Source of the DNA: Podarcis erhardii
Taxonomy: Eukaryota
Length of the DNA stretch: 64,000 nucleotides
Assembly: GCA_964252035.1 (NCBI GenBank)
Contig: OZ176200.1
Strand: one strand, 5' to 3'
The position numbers were made by a program, and so were the translations under genes. Positions 1-12,734 of the stretch are shown piece by piece (the first letter of the stretch is position 1; each line of letters starts with the position of its first letter). The notes under the pieces are model-generated. The model made no database searches. It was not told the origin of the DNA and was given only the letters and a program-made list of their open reading frames with translations.

Positions 1-107
1 CTTAGACTGAAGTAAAGTTCTCAAACCAAGACACTATTTCCAGTTTTGCAGAGTTTGTAAACCAAATCATTCTTAAACTGGACTGTTCTTAAACCGAGGT
101 ACCACTG
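1..107. mobile_element. Tc1/mariner (Tigger-like) MITE, right-end fragment cut by the window edge
   Basis: Ends in ...TTCTTAAACCGAGGTACCACTG, a terminus like that of the MITEs at 23204, 25446 and 28910; interior diverged. Confidence 0.7.
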
Positions 108-1545
108 TGGTAGCCTGTGTTTACCTCAGCATTTGTTTGTTTTTAAACAGTTTTATTTTTTTAGGAGATGGGGGAATATCAGGTCAGCACAACTGCTACT
201 TTCCTGCAGATCTGTGTTTTAGGTTGATATCTTATTTGTCTCTCTGCATACCCAGCAAGAGCCCTGAAGGCTAGGTGATATGCATTCCAGTGAATACTCA
301 AGTTGCAAAGAAAGGACTTCCCATGTGAACTGAAACTGACTTGTTTCAAGATAATGTTTGGAGGTGCCTTTTGTCAGTTTCACTGCAATGGGATTGCAGC
401 TTCCAAAGCCTCGAGGCAGAGACTGAGTACTCCTTCCTTGGGATTTGTGCGTGTGCTGAAACTGACAAATGGCTTCTCCAGAATTTGTCTCAAGACTATA
501 GCATTCTTCATGCGCTACTATGAATGTACACAGAGGAAGCAGTGTCCATTATCATTGCAACTGAATCATAGGTGTATATAACATAACTTCTGAAACAGCT
601 ATGCACGTTCAAAGTATAGGAACATGGAATATTTGCCTGCAGTTGGGAACCCTGTAATCTGTATGTTCCTAAGATCGTTCAGAACTCATATGTAGGATGT
701 GAAAGTAAGGACAGCAGATGCAAAACTATGGTTCCCTCAATAGACATTTATTGTACTGTAGAAAGAAAGTGTATGATCACCTGAATGGACCTGCTCAAGT
801 TAAGACTAAAGGTCACTACCTGGCATTCACTAGCACGATCCTGTATGCCACAGGCAGACCACTATTCTTTGGCACTTGTGGCAGGTCACCACCAATGATT
901 GACTTTTCTGGTGGTAGCTGCCATTTTGCCCCCTTCCTTGAATACCCAGATGTTGCCTCATTTCAGGGAATTATTGGGGCAGCCACTATTGGTGGAACCT
1001 TACCCCCCCCTCCCAGTTCCCAGAATGATGCTATTTCTGGGAGAAATGGTGCCACTGATAGATGCTCTGCTGCTCTCACACCAGTGAATCCCATCCACTC
1101 AATTCCTCAATTGCCAACTGTCCCTCACTTCCGTGGTTTGTTTCAGTCTGGCGTTTCAGTCTGTATGGTGATCTCCTTGTGTTCATCGTCTTCAGAGGCA
1201 CTCATCTGGAGAGAGGCGAGCGGTGAGAGGGGTGCTGTCTTTCTTGTTTGTGGTATGCCCCCCCCCCCGAGAAGCTCAACTGCTTCCAACTATGATCTCT
1301 TTTCTGTGCCAGGCAATTCAGCAATGTGTTATATAGCATGTTGGTGGTGTTTGTTATGGCTTGGTGGGTTTTATGGATTTGTTGATTTTACTGGTACTTG
1401 GCTGTTGCTTTGTGATTAGTATTGATTTTATATGGTGTTTTACTGTATTGCTTTTATTGGACACTGCCCTGGGGGGTCTTGGACTGAAGGCTGGCCTGTG
1501 CATTTATCAAATAAACAAATGTTTAAATGCAGAGTTTTTGCTTGG

Positions 1546-2022
1546 TTTTTTAAAATTTATTTATGCATTTTACATATCTTAGTACCTCAATTATACAATT
1601 GTCATTGTTTATCTTACACTCTACCTTCCACACAGATCCATCTGTGGGGCCTTATTTAAGCTCCATCTCCTTAATTACTACCTGTCTTCTGCTTATTTTT
1701 AACTGCTGCTCATATATCTAACCCCACTTGGAAGTTTATCTGATTGTGACATTTCTTTAAATATTCGCCAAAGTATTCCTACTCTTCTTTTATATCCGAC
1801 TCATCCTGATTTCTTATCTTTGCAGTCAACATTGTTAGCTCCACGTATTCTATTAGCTTCTTCTGCCAGTCTACTTTTGCAGGACCATTTTTGTCCTTCC
1901 ACCTTTGGGCATAAATTATTCTGGCCGCTGTTATTGCGTAAAGGAAAAGACTAAGTGCTTTCTTGGGTATTTCCCCCTTTAATATACTCAATAAAAACAT
2001 CCCTTGTTTCTTTAAACCCAAA
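1546..2022 (-). mobile_element. L1-clade LINE 3' fragment (ORF2 C-terminus and 3' UTR)
   Basis: ORF 1779-2021 (LFLYAITAARIIYAQRWKD...WQKKLIEYVELTMLT) resembles reptile L1 ORF2 C-termini; AATAAA and A-run near 1546-1565 on the minus strand; no TSD found. Confidence 0.75.
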
Positions 2023-4049
2023 TGGCTGACTAAGTTTTAGGGTGGTGGTGTTTTTTAACTGAATCATTGAGAACATCTTCTTTAGGTTCATTACCAGCTC
2101 ATGCATCACGCTGAAGAACAGGCTGAGTATTCAGCAAACACATGAGTCTGTTATTGCCCACTTTCCTTGGCTCGGTGTCAGTGATCGCTGTAAGAAAGTT
2201 TCACTGGTCCAAAGAATGTGTAAAATGGCTTGGAAAGTTGCCTGCATATATCTTTCCCTCCCTCTTCCTCTCCCCTTCACCCACCCTTCCCCATTTTGAG
2301 GATGGCATTCAAAATTGCAAGCTTTGCTCTCTTTTTCTTAGCTCTGAAAAGCAAGGCCTTATTGCTGAGACCTTGCCTCTCACATTGTGTTCCCCTGTTA
2401 ATGGTGATTTTATTAGCCCCTCTTCTTTCTTTCCATCTCTGGCAGCACACAAAATGACATAGCATCCAGGGCACCTTTCCAGGCTCTGAAGTTTTACAAG
2501 CAATACACAGTGGAAACATTTACAAATCTTTTCCAAAGCACATACACTACATGGGGGTGGGGGCTCCGTTATTCAATACTGATAGCTGTTATTTGGATTA
2601 CCGTAGCTTTTCAGTTTATTGAACTTCTAAGGTGCAGATGAAAAATTTGTGAGTCTTCATGGTTTTTTTTAAGAAACTGAAGTAACCCAGAGACGCCAAC
2701 GACAGTGGAATCCGTGTACTTCAGACTCCTTAATATTAGCAAGTTAAGAGTTTTCAGTGTGATCAGATTCCTTCCATTGTTGGTTTACCCTACCTGATTG
2801 CTGAATTGTTAAAATCACTGGATCCCTTGAGTTTATGATGTTGGCTGAGATCTCAGCTTGCTTAATCTCTTAATCGTTTGCACTAGTAAATTGCAACTTT
2901 GTTGGGGAGAGCATACCCTTCATATATTCTGTGTTCAGCAAACACAGTATCATTTTCAGACTATACACACCTGAATGCTGCCTGTAAACGGAAGTGCCAG
3001 TCTTTACCCATCTTGAAGGGCCAAGTATATGTTTCTGTTTTTTACATGTGGTTAACGTATATTAATAGCTCAAAAGGATGGTTTTATGGCTTTTTTCAGT
3101 ATGGTTTTAAAAAACTGTATTTAAATTGTTGACCTGAACTTGGGCTGATCTGATTGTTTTTGTAATAGTTAAGAGTGTGGTTAGAACTGTTTTAATGTTC
3201 ATATATTTTATAGTGGTGTGTTTTATGACACTAATCATAGGGTTTCCATACCTTGGAAAAGGAAATAGAAAGGATTTTATTTCTTCTTTAAATTATGGGT
3301 CAAAAAGTTTGCTGAGTCAAAAAGTTTATACCTAGAAGTATCTAATCTCTGGTTAGTAAGATTTCTGGCTTGGATATATTTCTTACGTTAATTAATTAGT
3401 TCCTGTGTACAAAATCTCTTTTTACCAGAATACACTCTTAAAAAATCTGGCATTTTTGATATCTGCCCAAGTGCCAGTGACCACCATGTTATTTTTCATT
3501 CTGAGTAGTATAATTAAAGACTCCTTAGAGTTCCATTTATTGAATGGCAATGCACACAGAAGAGCAACACTCCAAAATAGCAGTCTTTTAAACAACATTT
3601 GCCTAGAGCTAATATGCACCCACCGTTAATAAAACTTCCAATGCAACAGAATTTCAATCACTCTCTCTGTCTCATTGTCAGAATGTAGAAATTCAGATCA
3701 ATTCAGTCTTTTGCAATTATTCGTCCTCTGCTGCTCTGCTGCAAAAGCTGGATTTTATGTCCTGAAGACAGGAGCCTTAAATTATTAGCAATATGAAGAA
3801 TCTTTGACATGCATGCCATGTTAGATGTATGAATCTGTGAGGCAAAAAGGTAATGTGTGGCTGAAGTTGAGAGAGAGGGGGTCACATTCATCCTTTCCCT
3901 TTCCTACTAGAATCGCTAGCCAGTTGACTGTGGGAGATTGTGGCCGTCCTCTTTTGTCTCCCTACTTGATCCTCCCTACTTTCCCCACTGTTCTCATCCA
4001 CCGCCTGTGACCTATAAAGCCCTATAAATAAAAATAAATAAATATATAT

Positions 4050-4530
4050 AGTTTAGGTCCAGGTTGTCTGAAATGCTGTATTCTCCCATACAAACCTGCC
4101 CAGGCTCTGAGATATTCAGAGAAGGCAGACCCACCACCTTCACCAGCATGTTTGTTAGGGACATGGGAGAGGGCCTTCCTGGTGGCTGCTCACAGACTTT
4201 GGAACCCCTTTTCTAGAGAAACTAAACTGGCTCCCACCTTGTTGTTCCTCAGCTATCAAGTAAAGAGTGTTTTATTCTAACAGGCATCGGGGGAACTGAC
4301 TGTTTTGTCAAGAAACTGCTTTTAATAGTGCTGTGCTATTTTTACTCTCTGCATTTTAACAAATTTGTTTAAATATTATTTTAATTCTGTTATAGTTTAA
4401 CTGCTTTTTAACTATAACATTTTATTTGTTTTTAGCTTTGTGTCTGTGTTTTTTTTAAAATTTATGTAAGCTTTCTTGAGTCCCGATCTGGGGGAAAGGC
4501 AGGATATAAATAATGATAATGATAATGATG
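4050..4530 (+). mobile_element. Old L2 LINE 3' fragment
   Basis: L2-type 3' region (GGGCCTTCCTGGTGGCTGCTC...), then TGTAAGCTTTCTTGAG...GGCAGGATATAAATAAT and a (TAA/TGA)n tail. Confidence 0.55.
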
Positions 4531-6758
4531 TAGTAGTAGTAGTAATAGTATTCATGGTACTTTGTTGACATTGCAGTTTGATTCAGGGTCAGGTAAAATA
4601 ACCCCAAATTAAATCTATTGCCCTGTTATTTGGGACCCAGCAGAGGAATCAAATAGGGGACACCAACCATCTGCTCATTCCCTAAGACAGTGACAATTCC
4701 ATGCATTTTAACATGTAATTGCCCCAGTCTGTAGAAAGAAGGAGGTAGGGTCTGATTTTAACAGCAAAAAAGGTGCCCAAATGAGAGGATGTGAGCCCTT
4801 TCCTTTCCAGAAGCTTCTCTGTCCAAATGTTGGGAGAATATAGCTTTAGAAGAGGGGTTAGCTTTGGGAGGAGGGTAGAGATGCCATCAAGCAGAGTTCA
4901 GGGCTAGAAGCCTAATGCCCAGAATCTAAAACTGCAGAACTGCACCACTTGAGGAGGGACTGTTTGATACTACATCCACACAAGCCATTTACCTTTGAAA
5001 TTGGAACCCCACCTCTTTGTTCATGATTGGGGCACTTCCATGTTTAAGTACAGGGAAATAGTGGCATTGCTTCTGGTTTGACACATATAAGGACAGTGGT
5101 CAAATAGGTGGCACACATCTACAGGATACAGAGAAAGGGGCAGCAGACATTGTATGGAATCCCCTACCCCAGTATTGACTATTGATTTGCATATGCATTT
5201 GGAGGAGGGGGATATTATGGGTTAGTACAGCTCCAAGGGAGCTGAGCTATGGGAGATCATTTTAAATGCTTATCTGGATCAGCCCACCAAACAATATAAT
5301 CAAATAGAAGTTCTCTGGTCTCCATTGTTCACGCTAGCCTCTACATTCTGCAGGCAGTCCAAGTGGCATTCACCAAGAAAGTAATTACCCAGTTTGGCAC
5401 CCGTCTGTACATTTTGTTGCAGCAAAACGGCTTTACATGCCAAATATTTAGATGGGAAGGAAAATAAAACATGTTTAATTAAAGCTGCTATTGTATTTTG
5501 TATTCTCTGTTGTGCCTGCATTTTGGAATACACCCTTCAGTACTATTACTCAAAAGACCGATTCCCATATGTGCTGAGAGACTTTTAATTAGACAGAGTA
5601 TTCCAATATGCGGCAGTTTGGCAAAATGTTTCTTATTTCCACTACATCCATCTGCAAATAAGTGCCACAAAAATCACATCTCTTCGTCACTGTGTTGTGC
5701 TTGGATTGGAGGGATGGCAGCATCCTCACTTTCTTTTGCAATAAGTGCATGTACTTATTTACAAGGAAATAGCACAAAGACAGGGAAATAATTGAAACTG
5801 ATGCTGCTACACAGGAAATATTTAAGCAAGTGCCTTATGAAAGCAGGGAGAGAGTCACTGTTGTTTTGGAAACTCAGAGTCAGATTATGCAGAGAATGAG
5901 AGATTCCTAAGACAGTCAGATATTAATCATATTCATACTTCTTCCATTATTACATGGAGCTAGGGATCACACTTTATTCTCAACACAACCCAGTAGGGTA
6001 GGCCAAGCTCAGAGACAGTGGTTTGCTCAAGGCTGCAGCTTCACAGCTAAGCAGGAATTTGAACTCTGGTTTCTCCAGTGCATAACACCACTCCTCATTA
6101 TTGGGTGCCTCATTATTTAGAAACAGGTTCACATAAATTAGCTGGGCAAAAGTAGACCATGCTTTGCCATTGCGGATAAATATTGTTATGCCTTGGCTGA
6201 ACACTGTGCCTTTTAAACAAAGGCACACTAGGTTTTATCTGCCTAGGCTTTTTCATACAAAATAATTTTGTTGTTTTATTACTATTGGTTTTATTGGTCC
6301 TGGTTTTTATTGTCTTTACTGCATCTCCTATTGTTTTATTTGTTTTCTGTTGTTTATTGGCTATAATGTTGTTTTTATTGTTTATTTTAATATTATGGTA
6401 CACCACATTATAAATTTTTAATTGAAAGGCAGGGTAAATGAGTTTAAAAATGAATAAATAAGTGTGTCTGCTTTGTGGATTAGCAAACAACAATAAGAAC
6501 AACAACAAAAGAATATTGTGAAATCTTAAAGACTGATTTAGTGGGCAAGATTTTATCATTTATCAGATGTAGATTAGGTAGCATTCAAGTGGATAGCTCT
6601 GTAATATATATATTGTATCTGCTGATCATGTGCAAATGGAGAGTTGCCTGTATTACATGATATACTAATGTTTTCCACACACTAATCTGGAACTACAAAA
6701 GCTATATATATTTTTCCTAGTTATAATGCACAGGATCCTTAGGCTGCATTCCTAGTAT

Positions 6759-6828
6759 CATCATCATCTTCTTCTTCTTCTTCTTCTTCTTCTTCTTCTT
6801 CTTCTTCTTCTTCTTCTTCTTCTTCTTC
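6759..6828. repeat. (TCA)n(TCT)n microsatellite forming the RTE 3' tail
   Basis: Seen directly. Confidence 0.95.
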
Positions 6829-6934
6829 TGTGATCACTTGTAGCCAAGTAAGATTGTCTTCCATGAACACGGTCTTAACAGTGAGTCTGTAAGTGACTGT
6901 GGAGGCCAATTCTGGATCCACATGTCCTTCCACA

Positions 6935-7748
6935 CAGTGGCGTAGCGTGGGGGGTGCAAGGGGGGCCGGCCGCACCGGGCGCAACTTCTGGGGGGGGGCC
7001 GCACTCGCTGCCTCCGGAGTCGCCGAGGAGCCGCTGCCTGCCATGCCGCCCTGGCTGCTTCAGCCGCGTCCGACAGCCGGCTCGAGGTTCCTTCCGGCCG
7101 GGTCTCCCGACGGGGCGCTGCGGGCGGAGGCTCCGGCACCAAGCGCCACGCCGCCCAGGCTCGGGTCGCTGTCTGGACGCGCGTAGCCCGCCAAATGCGC
7201 CACCGGCGGCGAATGAAGCGCCCAGCCAGAGCCACCTGCGCTCTAGTGCCTGCGCGCCAAGACCGCCCACCCGCCCCGACGGGGCCCACCCACCCGCGCC
7301 GGAGGCCGGCCGACGCACTGGCCCCAGAGGCGCCCCCTCCCCGCGCCAGAAAGAAGCCGCGTTGGGGCTAGCCGGGCCGGGGAGGGAGACCGAGAAGGCT
7401 GCGCCGCGACGCCCAAAGACGCGCGTCTTGGCGCAAAGGGGCCCGCGGCACTCAGACGCGGAAGGGACCCTCTCCCCCTGACCCACCACTGAACTGCAAT
7501 TCCCAGCTCCCTTGGCAAATCCCAGTCCCCAATCCCCAAGATGCTTTATTTGAGGCAGGGGTCCTTTAATTGCAAAAACAACACTACGGAGGGCAGTAGT
7601 CACCACGGAGTTTGCCCCAGAGTAGAGCCGTCAGTATTAATGACCATGGTTAGGGGGTAGGGGGCGCAAGTTACTTGCCTTGCCCCAGGTTAGGGGGCGC
7701 AAATTACTTGCCTTGCCCCTGGTGCTGACAACCCACGCTACGCCGCTG
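6935..7748. mobile_element. Non-autonomous hAT-type DNA transposon, 814 bp, with GC-rich cargo
   Basis: TIRs CAGTGGCGTAGCGTGGG / CCCACGCTACGCCGCTG (1 mismatch); perfect 8-bp TSD CTTCCACA at 6927-6934 and 7749-7756; ends shared with 34901-35068. Confidence 0.92.
6998..7490 (-). promoter_or_regulatory. CpG-island/promoter-like cargo inside the hAT element
   Basis: Very CpG-rich; GC boxes CCGCCC at 7263 and 7271; ETS core CCGGAAG (minus) at 7091-7097; ATG in strong Kozak context GGCGGCATGG at 7042-7044. Function is inferred. Confidence 0.45.
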
Positions 7749-8544
7749 CTTCCACAGTGGGGATATAGGTTTCTGGGTGGGAGTTGATCACAGTGAGGGT
7801 TTGCTAAATGTGCATTCCTTTTAGCACATTTCTCCCTTTTGTCCTGAGTTTAAACGTCTTCAAAGTCTATGACACCTTTGGTAAAGGCTGTTCTCCAATT
7901 GGAGCGCTCACAGGCCAGTGTTTCCCAGTTGTCGGTGTTTATACTACATTTTTAAAGATTTGCCTTGAGAGCATCTTTAAACCTCTCTTGTTGACTACCA
8001 GCATTATGCTTCCCTTTTTTTTAGTTCGGAATAGAGTAGTTGCTTTGAAAGACGATAATCAGGCATCTGAACAATATGACCAGTCCAACGAAGTTGATGT
8101 TGAAGAATCATTGCTTCGACATTGGTGATCTTTGTTTCTTCCAGTACACTGGCATTAGTTTGCCTGTCTTCCCAAGTGATGTGTAAAAATTTTCAGAGAC
8201 ACCACTGATGGATTCTTTCATGGAGTTGGAGATGGCATTTATAAGTGGTCCATGTTTCACAAGCATACAGTAAGGTTGGTAGTACAATAGCTTTGTAAAC
8301 AAGCATTTTGGTTTCCCTGCAAATGTCCTGGTCCTCGGGCACTCTGTACTACAATTGGGAGAAAGCTGCAGTTGCAGAGCTCAGGCAATGCTGGATTTTG
8401 GCATCAATGTCAGCCTTTGTGGAAAGATAACCGCCCAGGTAAGAGAAGTGATCAACACTTTCCAACATTACACTATTGAGTTGCATTTGTGGTGCTGCAG
8501 AGGGGTTGTTTTGTGCTTGTTGGATGTTGAGCAACATTCCTAGT

Positions 8545-8745
8545 ATACACATTTATTTGGGAGCAAGCCGCCTTGAACTCAGTGGAGCTTGCTTCTGAGT
8601 AGACATGTATAGGATTGTGCTGGAAGGGTTGTATTTGACAAAGCCCTGCTCAGACTCATTGAAATCAATGGACCCTAATTAGTAATGACTAATTTAAGTC
8701 TATTGATTTCAATGGGTCTACTCTGAGCATAACTTAGTCAGATGC
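8545..8745. repeat. Two short palindromic dispersed repeats (about 80-100 bp each)
   Basis: Imperfect inverted arms (GAGCAAG...CTTGCTTC; CCATTGAAATCAAT-like...ATTGATTTCAATGG); related copies near 11885-11965, 27895-27965, 31555-31650, 53860-53990 and 63815-63880. Confidence 0.6.
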
Positions 8746-8943
8746 AGTCCTAATTGTTGTGATTACCACTTCTTTGTTGTCCATCTTGATGATTTGTAAG
8801 AACTGTGCCCTTAAAGGCAGTCTATAAGTAAGAATACAAATTGAATGAAAAATATGTTATATCCTTATATTTTTAAATAGGTTTTTAGTATGCAAAACCT
8901 GACAATGTACAAAGGACTTTTTTGGGCTACAATCCCAACCAAG

Positions 8944-8946
<3 letters not shown>

Positions 8947-8986
<40 letters not shown>
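8947..8986. repeat. (AG)n microsatellite
   Basis: Seen directly. Confidence 0.95.
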
Positions 8987-8988
<2 letters not shown>

Positions 8989-9669
8989 TCAGTCCAGTTT
9001 AGATTTTGCCTATTAACTTGAAGTCTGCTCTTTACCATAAACTGCATTCTTGTTGCTGAGGTGACTGGTGACCGGAATTGATGCTAGGGGCTAATTGTCT
9101 GGCTTGTTGGATAATTCCTTTCAGGGCAGAGAAAGTAGGTCACAAGTGTTCTGAATTTAGGATTTGGGTAATTCAGGCATTTGTGGAGACTTTCTAACAC
9201 ATTGTGCTGCCAAAAAGCATAAGGTTTCATAGTGAAAATCAACTAAATGTCCAAATCAGCTTGCAAACTTAGTGTTTTTCTTCTTCTTCACTGCCCCATG
9301 AAAGTGATGATAATGTAAAATCAAACTGCAATGAACCAAAAAGGAACTCTTTTAAAAACTAGCCATAGCTGTGATATAATGACAATATAGTTTCCTGGCA
9401 CATAATTTGCAGAAGTCCAGTCACTTAAAACCAAGAGAAATGGTACCTTAAGGACTTTAATCAATCTTACTCTGTCAGCATGACAGACTTGCACACTTTC
9501 CTTAACAAATAATGGGGAGAGAGCCCTGTAGTCGATGCATACCTTTCAAGGTACACCTCATTAAGTGTTAAGTTCACATTAGTTGCTTGATTTTAATGCT
9601 GATGATGAATTGACTAGGACACATTATTTTAAGAATGTAGTATAAGAAAAGCTCTGCTAGATAAGATCA

Positions 9670-10480
9670 AACCCCATTTCAATTGAGGTTTAGGCCCAGT
9701 TTTGGCACAGAAACTGCTTTGGTCATCCTATATTATGACCTGTTGGGAGAGAGAGAGGAACTATGCTCCTGTTAATTCTCCTCGACCTCAGCAACATTTG
9801 ATACCATCAACACTGGTATCTTTCTGGAGCAGAGGAGGTATGGGTGGGTGACACTGCTTTATAGTGGTTCTGATCCTACTTGGATGGACATTTCCAGAGG
9901 GTGATGCTTGGGGAGTGTTTTTCAGCCCTGTGGAGCCTTCAGTTCCTTAGGGTTCAGTTTTATCCTCTGTGCTGTTTAACATCTACATGAAACTACTGAG
10001 TGGGGTTATCCAGAGGTTTGGAGTATGTTGTCAGCAATATGCTGATGACACACAGCTCTACTTCTTCTTTACATCTGCAGATGTGGCAGAGAATGTGCTG
10101 GACCATTGTCTGTAATGGACTGGATGAGAGCCAACAAACTGAAGCTCAAAGACTGAGGCACTCTTAGTGGGCGGTTTCCTAGACTAGATGGATGGGAGGT
10201 GGTCTGCTTATGGTGGGGTTACAGTCACTCCCTCTGAAGGAGTGGGTATGCAGCTGGATCCATTGCTGTTGCTTGAGGCTCAGGTGGTCTGCATGGTACA
10301 GAGTTCCTTCCATCAGCTTTGGACCCTGACCCTGCAATAATCATCTGAGGTCCTTCTTCATGTGCCCCCTCCATGAGAGGTCTGGAGGGTGGTAACATGA
10401 GAATGGGCCTTATCTGCAGTGGCTCCCTGTTTGTGGAATGCTCACCTGGCACCTTCATTACATATCTGTGGCAAGTCACA
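9670..10480 (+). mobile_element. L2 LINE degenerate RT fragment
   Basis: Broken frames read GFRPSFGTETALV, FNIYMKLL and QQYADDTQLYF (YADD RT motif); L2-type 3' sequence at 10320-10480. Confidence 0.85.
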
Positions 10481-10703
10481 GTACTCATGTGTAATATCAT
10501 ATTTTCCATGATCATATAGACACAGGTCACCTCAACACAATCTCCCCCATCAAGGATGGAAAAAGTAGTATATTTCCATAGAAATGATCAACACTTGTGC
10601 ATCTATCCCTACAAATTAACATATCCACATATTATGCAAATATGTAACTTTTGGTGATGCATCTCTTCTGACACTAGGATTACAACACTGGTTGCTTGCA
10701 AAT

Positions 10704-11110
10704 GTAATAATAATAATAATGATAATAATGATAAGGATAAATTTTATTTATACCCCGCCCTTCCCAGCCAAGGCCGGGCTCAGGGCGGCTAACAACCAAT
10801 AATAAAAACAAGTTGAATGAATACAGCTTTTAAAAAAAGATTAAAATACAACATTAAAACATTAAAATGCAGCCTCATCACAGGAGGAGACAGGAAAAAA
10901 GAAAGAGGGGGAGGGAATCAAATTAGCTCCAAGCCAAAGGCCAGGAGGAACAACTCTGTCTTACAGACCCTGCAGAAAGAAATCAGATCCTGCAGGGCCG
11001 TGGTCTCATCAGACAGAGCATTCCACCAGACCGGAGCCAGTGTTGAAAAGGCCCTGGCTCTGGTTGAGGCTAATCTAACTTCCTTAGGACCCGGGACCTC
11101 TAGGGTAGCT
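10704..11110 (-). mobile_element. L2 LINE 3' end with (TTA)n tail
   Basis: (AAT)n, then TTTATTTATACCCCGCCCTTCCC...CAGGGCGGCT and CATTCCACCAG...GAAAAGGCCCTGGCTCTGG, typical of reverse-complemented lizard L2 3' ends. Confidence 0.75.
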
Positions 11111-12720
11111 GTGCAATGGGAATGAAATGGTTTCCTGGATCCACTACCATCTTTTGGCTACCAGTTTTTTGTTCCGTACATGCTACTCTTTCAGCATCCT
11201 AGAAAAAGAACCATGTATGAATTTGTATTGTTAGGAGAAAGAAATTTCAAAATGTAACCCTGAAAGAAACTTCCCAAAGTCCTCAGTCACTGTTTACTTG
11301 TGTGATTGGGAAAGTGATTTAATGCTAACATTTCTGCCCAAATCAATATTATCTGGAGTTTATCATATATATTTTCTTTAAATACTTCTTTTCCTCCCTC
11401 TAACACAATATGATTCTGTAATGGACAAAAATATGATGGAAGAGCAGACTATGTAGACCACTTGGGAACATTTTCTTTCTAAATATTTTTATTTTAAGTT
11501 GAAAGAATGCCATCATATAAACAAATCATAGCCATGAACTATCTTAAAATATGCATCAGAGTGGAAGAATAGTTCACATAGCATGTCCCCTACACATCTC
11601 TGATGTAATGAACTGTTTTGTTTTGTTTCCAAAGCATAATAATAATAATATTACAAAGCATGATAATAAATGTTTACCACCCATTAACATACAAAATGAT
11701 TAATGGGTAGAGCTTGAACTCTGGTCACACAAAAGTTCCCCATACCAGACAAAGTCAGGAACAGAGACTTAAACAGGAAAAGAAGTGAAGTATAAAGGAG
11801 TACTGGAGAAAGCAATATCAGTTTCAAGGAAGAGAGGCACAGGGATAATTTTAAGGGGGGGGGACACTGAGAGATATTGGCATAGTCCTGTGAATGTTTA
11901 CTTGGGAGTAAGTTCCATTGTGTTCAGTGGAACTTACTTCCTTGTAAATGCATTTAGGACTGCAGCCAAAATGTTGCTCACACCGAACTACTCCCAAGGG
12001 AAATAAATCTACCTGACATTGAAGGCAGCATGAGAGCAGTGCTTTTCCTATAAGGACCAAAAGCTTTAACAGACAGCAAGCAAGATATATTAAACAACAA
12101 ATGATTCAAAGGGATAAACTATTCATATTGAATTTCATTTTCTGAAAACTCACATAACTCTGTGGAATTATAAATGGCATAAAATGCAGATTTGAGAGAT
12201 CTGTAATCTTGAAAAAGGGCTCCGTTCAAGCTTTTTCTTGTTGCGAGTTGTTGGTTTCCCTTCTTTAATTTTTCATCTGCTATTTGTGGACAACAAGACT
12301 GGGTGTCCATTGCGGGGCCATTTTAAGGATTACTAAAAAGAAAATGTATTTGTGAATTGCTTTAGAAACCGGCTCGATTTCTTTAACAACTTCCCTTGCT
12401 AACATTGAAAACATTGGTAGAGGTATGAAATCTTTAGTTAGATTAGGAATGGGGAGCTCTCCCCCACATTGATGGAAAATAGCTCCCATCATCCTTAACC
12501 ATTAGTCATGCTGGCTGTACAGTAGAAGTGGAGAATAACAGGTTCTCCATCCCTGACTTAGATGCTTTGATACTCAATAGGAGTTATTGGTCAGTAGAAA
12601 GAAGTTGATTTTGATAGATAGAAGCTGAACATCCACAGCTGCATCTTATGTATCTATGGTCTTCTAGATTGGTAAAGAAAAAGCCATTTTTGTGTGTTGT
12701 ATTTGCGATATAACATTGTG

Positions 12721-12734
12721 CCACCAGATGGCAC
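12721..12734 (+). promoter_or_regulatory. Candidate CTCF site
   Basis: CCACCAGATGGCAC matches the core consensus CCASYAGRKGGCRS at every position; no evidence of binding. Confidence 0.45.

Larger units (their letters stand above)
6759..8534 (-). mobile_element. RTE-clade LINE, 5'-truncated, interrupted by a hAT insertion
   Basis: Minus-strand translation gives RT C-terminal motifs (DHFSYLGGYLS...LPTLLYACETW...HQLRWTGHIVQM) and a zinc finger (PHCGRTCGSRIGLHSHLQTH) with several stops; (GAA)n/(GAT)n tail; 12-bp TSD CATTCCTAGTAT at 6747-6758 and 8535-8546. Confidence 0.9.

Noticed and set aside
250-581. Three frames open over the same region (two plus, one minus of about 100 codons)
   Set aside because: None of the translations was recognisable and the splice sites are ambiguous; kept out of features for lack of support.
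718-1419. 233-aa ORF
   Set aside because: No recognisable domain, low-information composition with C-runs, and the 3' part runs into an L2-like tail.
3240-3600. Possible very old LINE C-terminal remnant on the minus strand
   Set aside because: Similarity is too faint to assign by eye.
6834-7606. ORFs of 243, 175 and 151 aa over the hAT cargo
   Set aside because: They are GC-driven open frames on both strands. The 243-aa frame merely runs into the RTE zinc finger; there is no recognisable domain in the cargo part.
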